DNA of 64,000 nucleotides, from the IMG/VR virus record IMGVR_UViG_3300042539_001740. One strand, 5' to 3'. A program made the translations under genes and the position numbers. This document shows, in pieces, positions 35,088-43,671 of the stretch. Each line of letters starts with the position of its first letter. Positions within the stretch are counted from its first letter, which is position 1. The stretch is from a virus (lineage: Duplodnaviria > Caudoviricetes). The notes beneath the pieces are model-generated. The model was not told the origin of the DNA and did not search any database. It worked only from the letters and a program-made list of their open reading frames with translations.

Positions 35088-35348
35088 ATGACAGAAGAAA
35101 AATACAATGAGATAAAAAAACTCAAAGAAACAATAGTTAATTTGGAGTTCAAGTTATCAACAATCAATAACTTAATTGAGTCAAAAAAATTGGAAATGGA
35201 GATAAAGGGGACATCAACTTGTAACTTTAAAATCAATCGTTTTATCAAGTTAGGTGGTGATGATTTTATCAAATCAATCTTAGATAGTGAAAGAAAAACA
35301 ACGGAATATCAACTCTCAAAAATGAGAGAAGATTTCGATAAATTATAA
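35088..35348 (+). CDS. Hypothetical protein
   Basis: Operon ORF. Confidence 0.55.
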   Translation: MTEEKYNEIKKLKETIVNLEFKLSTINNLIESKKLEMEIKGTSTCNFKINRFIKLGGDDFIKSILDSERKTTEYQLSKMREDFDKL

Positions 35349-35439
35349 TATTTATGGATACCTACAACATTATTATGGCAAGCATTCTTACATCCCTTTT
35401 TATAATTTTAGCTTTACGAATTAGAAATAACAGAAAAGC

Positions 35440-35709
35440 ATGATACACAACTTAACAAAGTTTCAGCTCGAAGTTTGGAATAAAATCAAACCACACCTCA
35501 AAGAGGAATATGGTACTCAAATCAATTTCGATGATGAACTACAGATAAACTTTAGTTTTGGGAACGGAAAGATTGTCTTAGATGTTTTTCCACAAGATGA
35601 AGTATTGTTATTTATACATTTCGAAAATGAGGGGTTTGAAAAACATTTTTTTAATAGTAGTAATTTAGATAGTTTAATAGAAATTTTAAAGAAAAATGAA
35701 TATCAATGA
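35440..35709 (+). CDS. Hypothetical protein
   Basis: Operon ORF. Confidence 0.55.
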   Translation: MIHNLTKFQLEVWNKIKPHLKEEYGTQINFDDELQINFSFGNGKIVLDVFPQDEVLLFIHFENEGFEKHFFNSSNLDSLIEILKKNEYQ

Positions 35710-36001
35710 AGCATATGACTTTCTAATGAAGAAAGTTGATGAACTAAAAGAACAAGGAATAGAAGTATTAATCAAAGATTCTATAGTAACACCTGACACA
35801 AAAGAAAAATATAACAGACCAGATAGATTACCCTCAACAGAATGGAAAACTATTTGTTTAGGTCTTCAGTGTGAAGGTGACTTAGGTAAAGTTCGTGAAA
35901 TTGAACATTTATGTAGTATGGTTGGTATCTATTTCGACACAGGTTATGGTGGTGGTCAAAGAGAGTGGGAAATAGATTGGTCTTTCAGAGTTTCCCAATA
36001 A
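35696..36001 (+). CDS. Hypothetical protein
   Basis: Ends FDTGYGGGQREWEIDWSF. Confidence 0.6.
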   Translation: MNINEAYDFLMKKVDELKEQGIEVLIKDSIVTPDTKEKYNRPDRLPSTEWKTICLGLQCEGDLGKVREIEHLCSMVGIYFDTGYGGGQREWEIDWSFRVSQ

Positions 36002-36080
36002 AATTTAAAAAAAAACCCATTTTGATTTTGAAATTAGAATGGGGTTTTCTATTTTTGTAAGACAATAAAACAATATCACA

Positions 36081-36560
36081 ATGGGAACAAATTACTACAG
36101 AATACCAAGTGTCCAAGAAATGGAACAAAAAAAAGCTAAGTTAATTGAGAATGTTACCAACTTAGTAGTCTCACCATATATGATTGAACGTAAGTTCACA
36201 AATTTTGAGGTAGGATTTGATAGATATTCTGCTTGGGACATATTCACTATGGGGACTTCAATACATTTGGGTAAAAGAAGTAGTGGTTGGAAATTCTTAT
36301 GGAATTTTCACGATAACAATTATTACTCAAACAAAGAGGAATTATTTAACTTTATACGAACTGGTAGAATAGTTGATGAATATGGTGAAGAAATGGATGT
36401 TGAGGAGTTCATCAAAATGGCCTTAGAATGGGGACAACCTGATGGATTGGATGGGGAAACATATCGTAGACAACATCCTCGTCAATACTCCCACGATTTT
36501 GAAAAAAAAGAACAATATATTGATGGTTTAAGAGTTGCACCTTATACTGATTTTTCATAA
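36081..36560 (+). CDS. Hypothetical phage protein
   Basis: MGTNYY...IHLGKRSSGWKFLW...IVDEYG; follows the promoter at 36050. Confidence 0.7.
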   Translation: MGTNYYRIPSVQEMEQKKAKLIENVTNLVVSPYMIERKFTNFEVGFDRYSAWDIFTMGTSIHLGKRSSGWKFLWNFHDNNYYSNKEELFNFIRTGRIVDEYGEEMDVEEFIKMALEWGQPDGLDGETYRRQHPRQYSHDFEKKEQYIDGLRVAPYTDFS

Positions 36561-36580
36561 CAATTAAAATAATTATTACT

Positions 36581-36886
36581 ATGGCTAAGAGATTATCATA
36601 CGAACAAAAAAAAGAACAATTACTAATAGACATCATCAACAAGATGTTCGAATTTGCTGGTCATAATGTTACATTCGAAGATATCAAAGATAGAAAAGAT
36701 GATTGGTATGCTCAATGGACAATAACTGAAGACCAATATGACCAATGGCAAAAGTGGGGTGTGAAAGAAGTTAAGAAAAAGATGAAGATGACCGAAGATT
36801 TTGCTAAGAGACAAATGGCAATGATTGGTTTGAATTATGGTTTGAAATTCGCAGACCATAATATTTATCAAGAAAAAGAATTATGA
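36581..36886 (+). CDS. Hypothetical protein
   Basis: Operon ORF. Confidence 0.6.
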   Translation: MAKRLSYEQKKEQLLIDIINKMFEFAGHNVTFEDIKDRKDDWYAQWTITEDQYDQWQKWGVKEVKKKMKMTEDFAKRQMAMIGLNYGLKFADHNIYQEKEL

Positions 36887-36962
36887 AAAAATTTATCTGT
36901 AATTTCATTTCCAAAATAACATTCGGTAAAGTTTGTTTTGGGTGGTGTAAATTAAAATAGAA

Positions 36963-37376
36963 ATGAATCAAGATATCATATCATATCCGAGTGTTTTTGT
37001 TGATGATGTTACCATCTCTGTAATTTTCAAAGAAAATGAGAATTACGATATGATGACAAGATTATTTGACAAATATGGTTTTGGTTTTTATTACCCAAAG
37101 ACCAAAACCATTATGATTGATGGTGAACTTTTTGTTGATACAGATTTGACATTTGATGATTTACGATTTGTTGAGGCACACGAAGTTTCTCATTTATTAT
37201 TAGGACACACTGGTGGAATAAGATACGATGAAGATGAAATTGATGCAGATTTAATGGCATATCTTCTACTAAAAAAACAAGGATTGTCAACAGATAGATT
37301 AACAAGTACATTCCAAGAACGACATGGAATTGAGTTCACAAAAGAATTATTAAGTGATTTCCAATCAAAATTATAG
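36963..37376 (+). CDS. HExxH metallopeptidase-like protein
   Basis: AHEVSHLLLGH...DEIDAD. Confidence 0.7.
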   Translation: MNQDIISYPSVFVDDVTISVIFKENENYDMMTRLFDKYGFGFYYPKTKTIMIDGELFVDTDLTFDDLRFVEAHEVSHLLLGHTGGIRYDEDEIDADLMAYLLLKKQGLSTDRLTSTFQERHGIEFTKELLSDFQSKL

Positions 37377-37453
37377 AAGTACAACATAGTGTTGTACTTT
37401 TTTTGTTAAAGGTCAATATTTATTATTTATAATAACTAAAAATATTTAACCTT

Positions 37454-38059
37454 ATGTCATCAGATATTATTGTAGCGTTTATAACAGGGGTGATGGGACC
37501 TGTGACATTGTTATATGTTAAAAATCTATTAGATAAGAAAAAGAAAAAACCCGATATGTTACACGATGCCCTGAAAGTTGGGGAATTGGTAATGTCAAAA
37601 ATCGAACACATCAGGGAAGAAATCAATTGTGATAGAGTTTGGGTTACTCAGTTCCACAATGGTGGTAATTTTTATCCTACGGGCAAATCTATGGCCAAAT
37701 TCAGTATGATTTATGAAGCTGTCGGTCCTAATGCTACCTCAAAACAAAATACCTTCAAAAACCTACCTGTAAACCTCTTCACAAAATCAATCAATCAGTT
37801 ATTCGAAAATGATGTTATTGAAATTGTTGATTTTAAGGATGAAACAATTGCAACTTATGGGTTGAAGTATATTGCCGAAGAAACGGCTTGTAAATCTCAA
37901 TATATATTTGCCATCAAAACAATTGATAACAAATTCATTGGTACACTAGGAATTGATTTTACCAAAAGAAAAACAAAATTGGATATGGAAACCATAAATC
38001 ACCTCGCAGTTCATGCAAGTTCTTTAGGTGGGGTGTTAATGAATCACCTGAAACAATAA
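37454..38059 (+). CDS. N-terminal TM plus GAF-like domain protein
   Basis: CDRVWVTQFHNGG...YIFAIKTIDNKFIGTLGIDF. Confidence 0.65.
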   Translation: MSSDIIVAFITGVMGPVTLLYVKNLLDKKKKKPDMLHDALKVGELVMSKIEHIREEINCDRVWVTQFHNGGNFYPTGKSMAKFSMIYEAVGPNATSKQNTFKNLPVNLFTKSINQLFENDVIEIVDFKDETIATYGLKYIAEETACKSQYIFAIKTIDNKFIGTLGIDFTKRKTKLDMETINHLAVHASSLGGVLMNHLKQ

Positions 38060-38063
38060 ATTT

Positions 38064-38708
38064 ATGGTAAAATTTTATCCACCAACAACAGATGCTAATT
38101 TAGATACAAGTAAATTCAAAAGATGGACTTATACCCCTTATAGAAATGGTGTTGATGTTTACGCCCCTTTTGATGGAAAGATTTATGGTGTTGATAAGAA
38201 GAAGGGACTAGTTAAAATTAAACACTTTTTTTCAAAAGACACTTATACTACTAAATTTTATGAATTAGGTGACATATATAAATCTAATGGGGATACTGTA
38301 AGAATGGGGGAAATTATAGGTAAAACAAGTTCAAGTCCTTTCAGTATGGAAATTGTAGATTCAGGTAATTTGGAACAATTGATAACACCATTCTTCACTG
38401 GTAGTGTAAATCTTAGAACAGAACCTAAACAAGAAAAAAATGTATCAAAAGAAAAGGAAATCCAAATTAAAGACAAAGAAACTTCAGATAAATTCGAAAA
38501 ACAAAAAGAAAAAAATAAGAAAGAAAAATATGTACCTGGTTTAAAAACTTATGAACCTGGTAAACTTTCTTTACTAGATGTTGGTTTAGTCCCCTTTCAT
38601 TTATTAGGAATGGCTGGTACTTATCTTCAAAATAGAATGAAAAGGAAAAAAGCAGAAAAAGAAAATTTAGAAGAGGAAGTGCAAAGAATTAAACAACTTA
38701 TAAAATAA
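38064..38708 (+). CDS. Degenerate M23 peptidase-fold virion protein
   Basis: VYAPFDGKI, GDTVRMGEIIGK; lacks HxxxD/HxH; C-terminal LEEEVQRIKQLIK. Confidence 0.5.
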   Translation: MVKFYPPTTDANLDTSKFKRWTYTPYRNGVDVYAPFDGKIYGVDKKKGLVKIKHFFSKDTYTTKFYELGDIYKSNGDTVRMGEIIGKTSSSPFSMEIVDSGNLEQLITPFFTGSVNLRTEPKQEKNVSKEKEIQIKDKETSDKFEKQKEKNKKEKYVPGLKTYEPGKLSLLDVGLVPFHLLGMAGTYLQNRMKRKKAEKENLEEEVQRIKQLIK

Positions 38709-38759
38709 AAAAATCCCCATCTTAAAAAGTGGGGATTTATTTTTTGTAAGAAATTATAA

Positions 38760-38924
38760 CTATTTCTCAACTTTAGCTGAATCAACAGATGGAGTTGTAA
38801 CTGTAGTAGTTTCAACGGCTGTAGAATCTGTAGTTGTAGTTTTTTCTTCAGTAGCTGCAGTAGTTCCACAAGAAGCAAGAACAGTGCTAAGAACAACGAT
38901 TGTTCCAAAAAGTAATTTTCTCAT
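38760..38924 (-). CDS. Small Thr-rich lipoprotein (54 aa, not in the ORF track)
   Basis: MRKLLFGTIVVLSTVLAS-CGTTAATEEK; TATTTAT motif at 38975-38981. Confidence 0.75.
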   Translation of the reverse strand: MRKLLFGTIVVLSTVLASCGTTAATEEKTTTTDSTAVETTTVTTPSVDSAKVEK

Positions 38925-39057
38925 TTTGTCTAAAAAATTTAAGATTTTAATTTGATTTAGTTATTAAACACTTAATAAATACGCATTAAACTTTAATAAG
39001 TCAAATGGTGTTGAAAAATTTTTTGTTAAAATTATAATTATAAAAAAACTAAATAAT

Positions 39058-39414
39058 ATGAATTGGAAACACACCTTGATTATTGTGGTGTCTATTTTGT
39101 TTATTGGAATGGGTTTGGGTTATTTGATAAGTTATAACGCAAAGGAAACTAGAAATCTCCACCAACAACTAATAGATGCTGAAAGAAAAGCTATTGATTC
39201 TTTATATAAAGAATTGGAAGTTATGAAAACTGAAAGGGAAACTATGGAATCCCAACTAAATGCACTTACTACTGGTATTAGAATTAGTGAGTCAAACTTA
39301 TCAACAAAAATAAACCAACTAAAAATTCAAAACAATGTTAAGATTGAAGCTATTACTAATAGTACTAATGATGAGCTGCTCGATGGTTTACGCACAAGAT
39401 TTGGCAAAAAGTAA
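39058..39414 (+). CDS. N-terminal TM plus coiled-coil protein (spanin-like)
   Basis: TM then periplasmic coiled coil; overlaps the next gene. Confidence 0.5.
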   Translation: MNWKHTLIIVVSILFIGMGLGYLISYNAKETRNLHQQLIDAERKAIDSLYKELEVMKTERETMESQLNALTTGIRISESNLSTKINQLKIQNNVKIEAITNSTNDELLDGLRTRFGKK

Positions 39415-39829
39415 CAAAGATTCCGTAAGTCCTAAAATAGATTTAGTTGTTATAGATGGAGATACACTTTTTACAATCAATAGAAAGGTTGCAATACAAA
39501 TAGCAATTGAACATGATTCCTTAGAAATCGTAACAAGTAAATTGAAAGAATGTAATGGTGTATTAGATTATTGTCTTGAGGTTAAAAATCAGTACAAAAC
39601 TGCATTAGACCAATCCCAAGGTGTGAGTGATATGTTGAGAAAAGAAATTGAAAAGAAGGACAAAATTATTGGTAGTTACAAAAAGATTGATGAATCTCAA
39701 CAAGCTATGTACAAAGAACTGAATACTGAATTTAAGAAAGCTAAGAACAGAAACAAGTGGTTAACAGGATTAAGTATTGGTGGGGTTACAGTAGGATTCA
39801 CTTCAATTATCCTTTTACTTCTTAAGTAA
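39335..39829 (+). CDS. Signal peptide, coiled coil and C-terminal TM protein (spanin-partner-like)
   Basis: 80-nt overlap with the previous ORF; C-terminal hydrophobic helix. Confidence 0.45.
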   Translation: MLRLKLLLIVLMMSCSMVYAQDLAKSNKDSVSPKIDLVVIDGDTLFTINRKVAIQIAIEHDSLEIVTSKLKECNGVLDYCLEVKNQYKTALDQSQGVSDMLRKEIEKKDKIIGSYKKIDESQQAMYKELNTEFKKAKNRNKWLTGLSIGGVTVGFTSIILLLLK

Positions 39830-39881
39830 TCATATTATATTTTTTATGTCTTAGGACATAAAGATTAAATAATTTATTATT

Positions 39882-40250
39882 ATGGAAATTACTTATTTTG
39901 CTTTGGGTATGCTTTCGATGGTTGCTTTAACATTTGTTGGAGTTGTTGTTTGGGGTTTGTTCAGGGTCAGTAAAATTGAAAGACAAATTGCTGTCATAAA
40001 ACAAAACGATAGATTCGAGTTTGACAACGTTCAACGACAATTTGAAAATGTTTATCGTGGTATCGATAGTCAAAGGGATGATTACAGACACGAATTTGAA
40101 TCCGTGTTTCGTAGGTTTGAAACAATCGAGGAGAATTCAAGGTTGAATACCGATAACTTGGTGAGAATGATGAATGATAGATATGATGATTCAATTCGTT
40201 ACACAGACAAAAGAATTGATAAGTCATTAAATCAAAAAGAAGTATTATAA
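39882..40250 (+). CDS. TM plus coiled-coil protein
   Basis: N-terminal hydrophobic helix. Confidence 0.6.
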   Translation: MEITYFALGMLSMVALTFVGVVVWGLFRVSKIERQIAVIKQNDRFEFDNVQRQFENVYRGIDSQRDDYRHEFESVFRRFETIEENSRLNTDNLVRMMNDRYDDSIRYTDKRIDKSLNQKEVL

Positions 40251-40291
40251 CAACAAACCCCTCCTAAAAAGAGGGGTTTATTTTTTTCTGC

Positions 40292-40672
40292 GGTGGAGGT
40301 ATAGGGAGTCGAACCCTTTCCTGTCCATCTTAACTATTAAGGACTACATGCTTAGGACAACATTATTCGCAGTGCTCCGAGCTATTTGATTTTAATTACT
40401 ACCAAAACCAACAAAATCAGCCAATTCATTTTTAGGGATGAGAATTAGTTAGACAACCCTTCAGTGCTCCTGTTCCTGAGTTAATGCACCCCGACTCGAA
40501 AGTAATATCCTATTGACTAGGCTACTACCGCTTCTTCAGCACGGATTAAACCTACTGCAGAAAGTTTGTTGATAACGTTGCCGTGTATCGTTTCAAACCA
40601 GTTTAACGGACTTAGTTCAGGTCCGGCATGCCCCGAATAACTAACAACGTCAGTCGATTCCAGATTACCCCC
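40292..40672 (-). ncRNA. ssrA: tmRNA; tag (A)GNVINKLSAVGLIRAEEAVVA*
   Basis: 5' GGGGGTAATCTGGAATCGAC; 3' T-arm GGTTCGACTCCC and acceptor TACCTCC-A-CC; G3:U70; tag ORF 40582-40517. Confidence 0.92.
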
Positions 40673-40750
40673 ATATTTTCAATTAACTTTATACAAGGAT
40701 AAATATAAATAATGAATAAACCAAGGTATTTATAAAGAAAAATATTTTTT

Positions 40751-42145
40751 ATGACACCGAAGGAATTAGCTGATGAAGAATCAGAGATTAAATTTGAGGA
40801 TGATAAGGTTTTATTTATCAAAGTGAAAGGGTATGACGCTATGGACTACTACGCTTCTGAAAAATTGAAGAGAGAATATAATAAGTTCAATAGATATGGT
40901 GATGTCTATTTAATCGTTGATAAAGATGGTGAGAATAGTTATGTATTGAATCAAGTAAGAAATGGCTATACTGATGTGTTGGATTTTGATGGGATGGTAA
41001 ATAACTTTATGGATGTAATTGAGGATTATCCACAATTAGAATCGAAACTTGTTGAGTTCATTAAACCTGAGAACCCTTATGAAATGTTGTTATTAATTAA
41101 GGCGGGTAAAAAATATGATAAATGGGATATGAGAAGCATTGATGAATCTTTAAATGGGATGACACTTAACGAAAAGAATCCTGGTAAGAGTATGATTCAA
41201 CTTATGTTTGATGCTGATGAATATATATCTTTTTTTGACTATAAAGAAGGTGAATGGGATGCAAGGATATTGGGGTCTATATTTGGAAATAGTTATTATG
41301 GTAGTTCTTTTGATTTGATACCTAGTGATATGACTTGGGACGATTGGAAAGAAGGTTATATGTTTGGTTCATTTGATGATAAAAACAAAAAAAAGTTGGA
41401 TGATATTGTTTCATTTCTAATTCCTGGTGTAAAAGATTTAAAAGACAAAGATGAGGATAAATATAATAAGAGTGTTGTTCAGTTCTTAGATACCAATTTT
41501 CCGGTGGTTGGTGAAAGGATTGCTGATGAGTACAATTCATTAAGAAACGAATCCGCAGTAGAAAAAATCAAAGAAATTGGTATAAAAGATATTGCGGATG
41601 TATTCCAACAATATGGGGTTTTCAGAAAATCAGGTGTTTTTACAAATTATGTGACAACCGTAAATATCCTATTAAGTTTATATAAAAAAACTCAAAGTAA
41701 ACAAGCAACAATTGTTGAACTATTTAAGGAATTGGGTGAAGAAATGGACTTAGATATTGGTTATTATAATGAAGTGGCTATGGATAGTTGGGATTTTGAT
41801 TTTGAACAATTTAATGATGTTGTTGGTGACCAATTGGATACAATATTAGAAGAAATAGAAGATGAACCTGAAAAGTTTGAGGCCTTCAAAAACTATGCCG
41901 ATGTATTGAAAAAACTTAATGATATGGGTTACCAAATTGGTGGTCAATATAAATTACCAAACACGGAAAATTCATTCAGAATTGACGAAATTAGAAAAGA
42001 CGACTCAAAAGTAGTAATAGTTCATTGGAATAAATCATCAGGAAGGGGAGAAAGAAGAAGTTACACAATAGAAGAGTTTGTTAATTATTTACATTCACCA
42101 GAACTTTTTGAAAGTTTAGTAAAAAGATTGAAAAGAATTATGTAA
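40751..42145 (+). CDS. Large hypothetical protein
   Basis: 464-aa acidic ORF with TATTTAT motif at 40727-40733. Confidence 0.75.
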   Translation: MTPKELADEESEIKFEDDKVLFIKVKGYDAMDYYASEKLKREYNKFNRYGDVYLIVDKDGENSYVLNQVRNGYTDVLDFDGMVNNFMDVIEDYPQLESKLVEFIKPENPYEMLLLIKAGKKYDKWDMRSIDESLNGMTLNEKNPGKSMIQLMFDADEYISFFDYKEGEWDARILGSIFGNSYYGSSFDLIPSDMTWDDWKEGYMFGSFDDKNKKKLDDIVSFLIPGVKDLKDKDEDKYNKSVVQFLDTNFPVVGERIADEYNSLRNESAVEKIKEIGIKDIADVFQQYGVFRKSGVFTNYVTTVNILLSLYKKTQSKQATIVELFKELGEEMDLDIGYYNEVAMDSWDFDFEQFNDVVGDQLDTILEEIEDEPEKFEAFKNYADVLKKLNDMGYQIGGQYKLPNTENSFRIDEIRKDDSKVVIVHWNKSSGRGERRSYTIEEFVNYLHSPELFESLVKRLKRIM

Positions 42146-42154
42146 TATTGTTCT

Positions 42155-42946
42155 ATGGAACAAAATATCAATTTTTTAAAAAGGGTTTTATCTGTCCCCA
42201 CAAAAACATATAAAGAGGATTTAATGATTCAATTTTTAACCGAATGGTTGGTTGAAAATAATATTCCTTATTTTGTTGATAAGATGGGAAATGTTTATGC
42301 AACCAAACAAACTGATGAGGTTGAATATTTTCCTTGTGTCGTTGCCCACACAGATACCGTTCACGAGCTCGATACAATCAATATTCGTGAGATGATGTTA
42401 CCCAATGACCAAAACGAATTAAAGATGGCCTTAAAGGCTTTTAATGACCAAGGATTACCCACTGGAATTGGGGGTGATGACAAATGTGGTGTTTATGTTT
42501 GTTTGGAGTTATTAAAACAATTACCAAATGTCAAAGCAGCTTTCTTTGTATCGGAAGAAACAGGATGTCATGGGTCAAAAAAAGCCGATAAAGATTTCTT
42601 CTCAAATGTTGGTTATGTTATGCAATTTGATGCTCCTGGTAATTGGATGGTCAGTGAGTATTGTATGGGTGTCAAACTATTTGATAAGGGTAGTGATTTC
42701 TTCGATAAATGTGACAAAGTATTAACGGAGGGTTTTAATAGTCGAAACAAATACCAATCCCACCCTTATACTGATGTTTACGCACTTAAACAACTATTTG
42801 ATTTTTCCTGTATAAACTTTGCTGTTGGTTATTACAACTATCACACAGAACACGAATATGTAATTGTTGATGATGTATATAATACTTTGGATATTGCTAA
42901 GAAAATGATATCTGAGTTGGGTACAAAAAAATACACTAAAAAATAA
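42155..42946 (+). CDS. M20/M28/M42-clan zinc peptidase
   Basis: VAHTDTVH, GGDDKCG, EETGCHGS, GYYNYHT. Confidence 0.85.
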   Translation: MEQNINFLKRVLSVPTKTYKEDLMIQFLTEWLVENNIPYFVDKMGNVYATKQTDEVEYFPCVVAHTDTVHELDTINIREMMLPNDQNELKMALKAFNDQGLPTGIGGDDKCGVYVCLELLKQLPNVKAAFFVSEETGCHGSKKADKDFFSNVGYVMQFDAPGNWMVSEYCMGVKLFDKGSDFFDKCDKVLTEGFNSRNKYQSHPYTDVYALKQLFDFSCINFAVGYYNYHTEHEYVIVDDVYNTLDIAKKMISELGTKKYTKK

Positions 42947-42987
42947 TTTTTTTTTCATATATTACTATATTTATAAATAAAAAAATT

Positions 42988-43659
42988 ATGAGTAAGTATA
43001 GAAATATTAATGAAAGTGACATCGAAAGATTATCTAATATAATTTTAGAAACTGAATCTCAAACAGAAGAATTAGACGAAATTCTAAGTGGTACTAAAGC
43101 TAGTGACTTTTTCCAAGGTGTAAGAGGTTTTATGAAAGGTGAAAGTTTTGGTTATTTTAAATTTTTGAGTAAAATTAAAAATAGAAGTCAAAAAGTAATT
43201 AAAGAACTTGATGACATTGAAAAATTTATGGAAGAACTCAAGGAGTTAAAACCAAGAGTTGATAAGTTATCAATCGCACCTGAGAAAAAAATGAGATTGT
43301 TAAAACTTTTGGATTTTGTTATTACAAAGTGGGAACCATTTTTTCCTGGTTACAAAAAAGCTTTAGGTGAAATAAATCTTTTATCTACTGAAAAATTGAG
43401 TGGACAACGATTAGATGTTGTTCCTGGTTCAAAGAGAGCGCAAATAGGTAAAGATTTGATGATGTCAAAGGATGAAATGAGTCCTGAAGAAGATTTGAGT
43501 AAACCTGAAGTGGTTGATTTTGATACTACAACAACTACAACAACTAAGAAGTCAACAAGTCCTTTAACAAGTACAGGTGAAACAAAGGGTACAGAGGAAA
43601 AGAAAAAAGAAGAAAATTTAAAAGAGGAAATTGATAGATTCAAACAATTAATAAAATAA
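42988..43659 (+). CDS. Hypothetical virion protein
   Basis: INESDIERLSNIILE N-terminus; LKEEIDRFKQLIK C-terminus. Confidence 0.7.
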   Translation: MSKYRNINESDIERLSNIILETESQTEELDEILSGTKASDFFQGVRGFMKGESFGYFKFLSKIKNRSQKVIKELDDIEKFMEELKELKPRVDKLSIAPEKKMRLLKLLDFVITKWEPFFPGYKKALGEINLLSTEKLSGQRLDVVPGSKRAQIGKDLMMSKDEMSPEEDLSKPEVVDFDTTTTTTTKKSTSPLTSTGETKGTEEKKKEENLKEEIDRFKQLIK

Positions 43660-43671
43660 TAAAAAAAGGGA

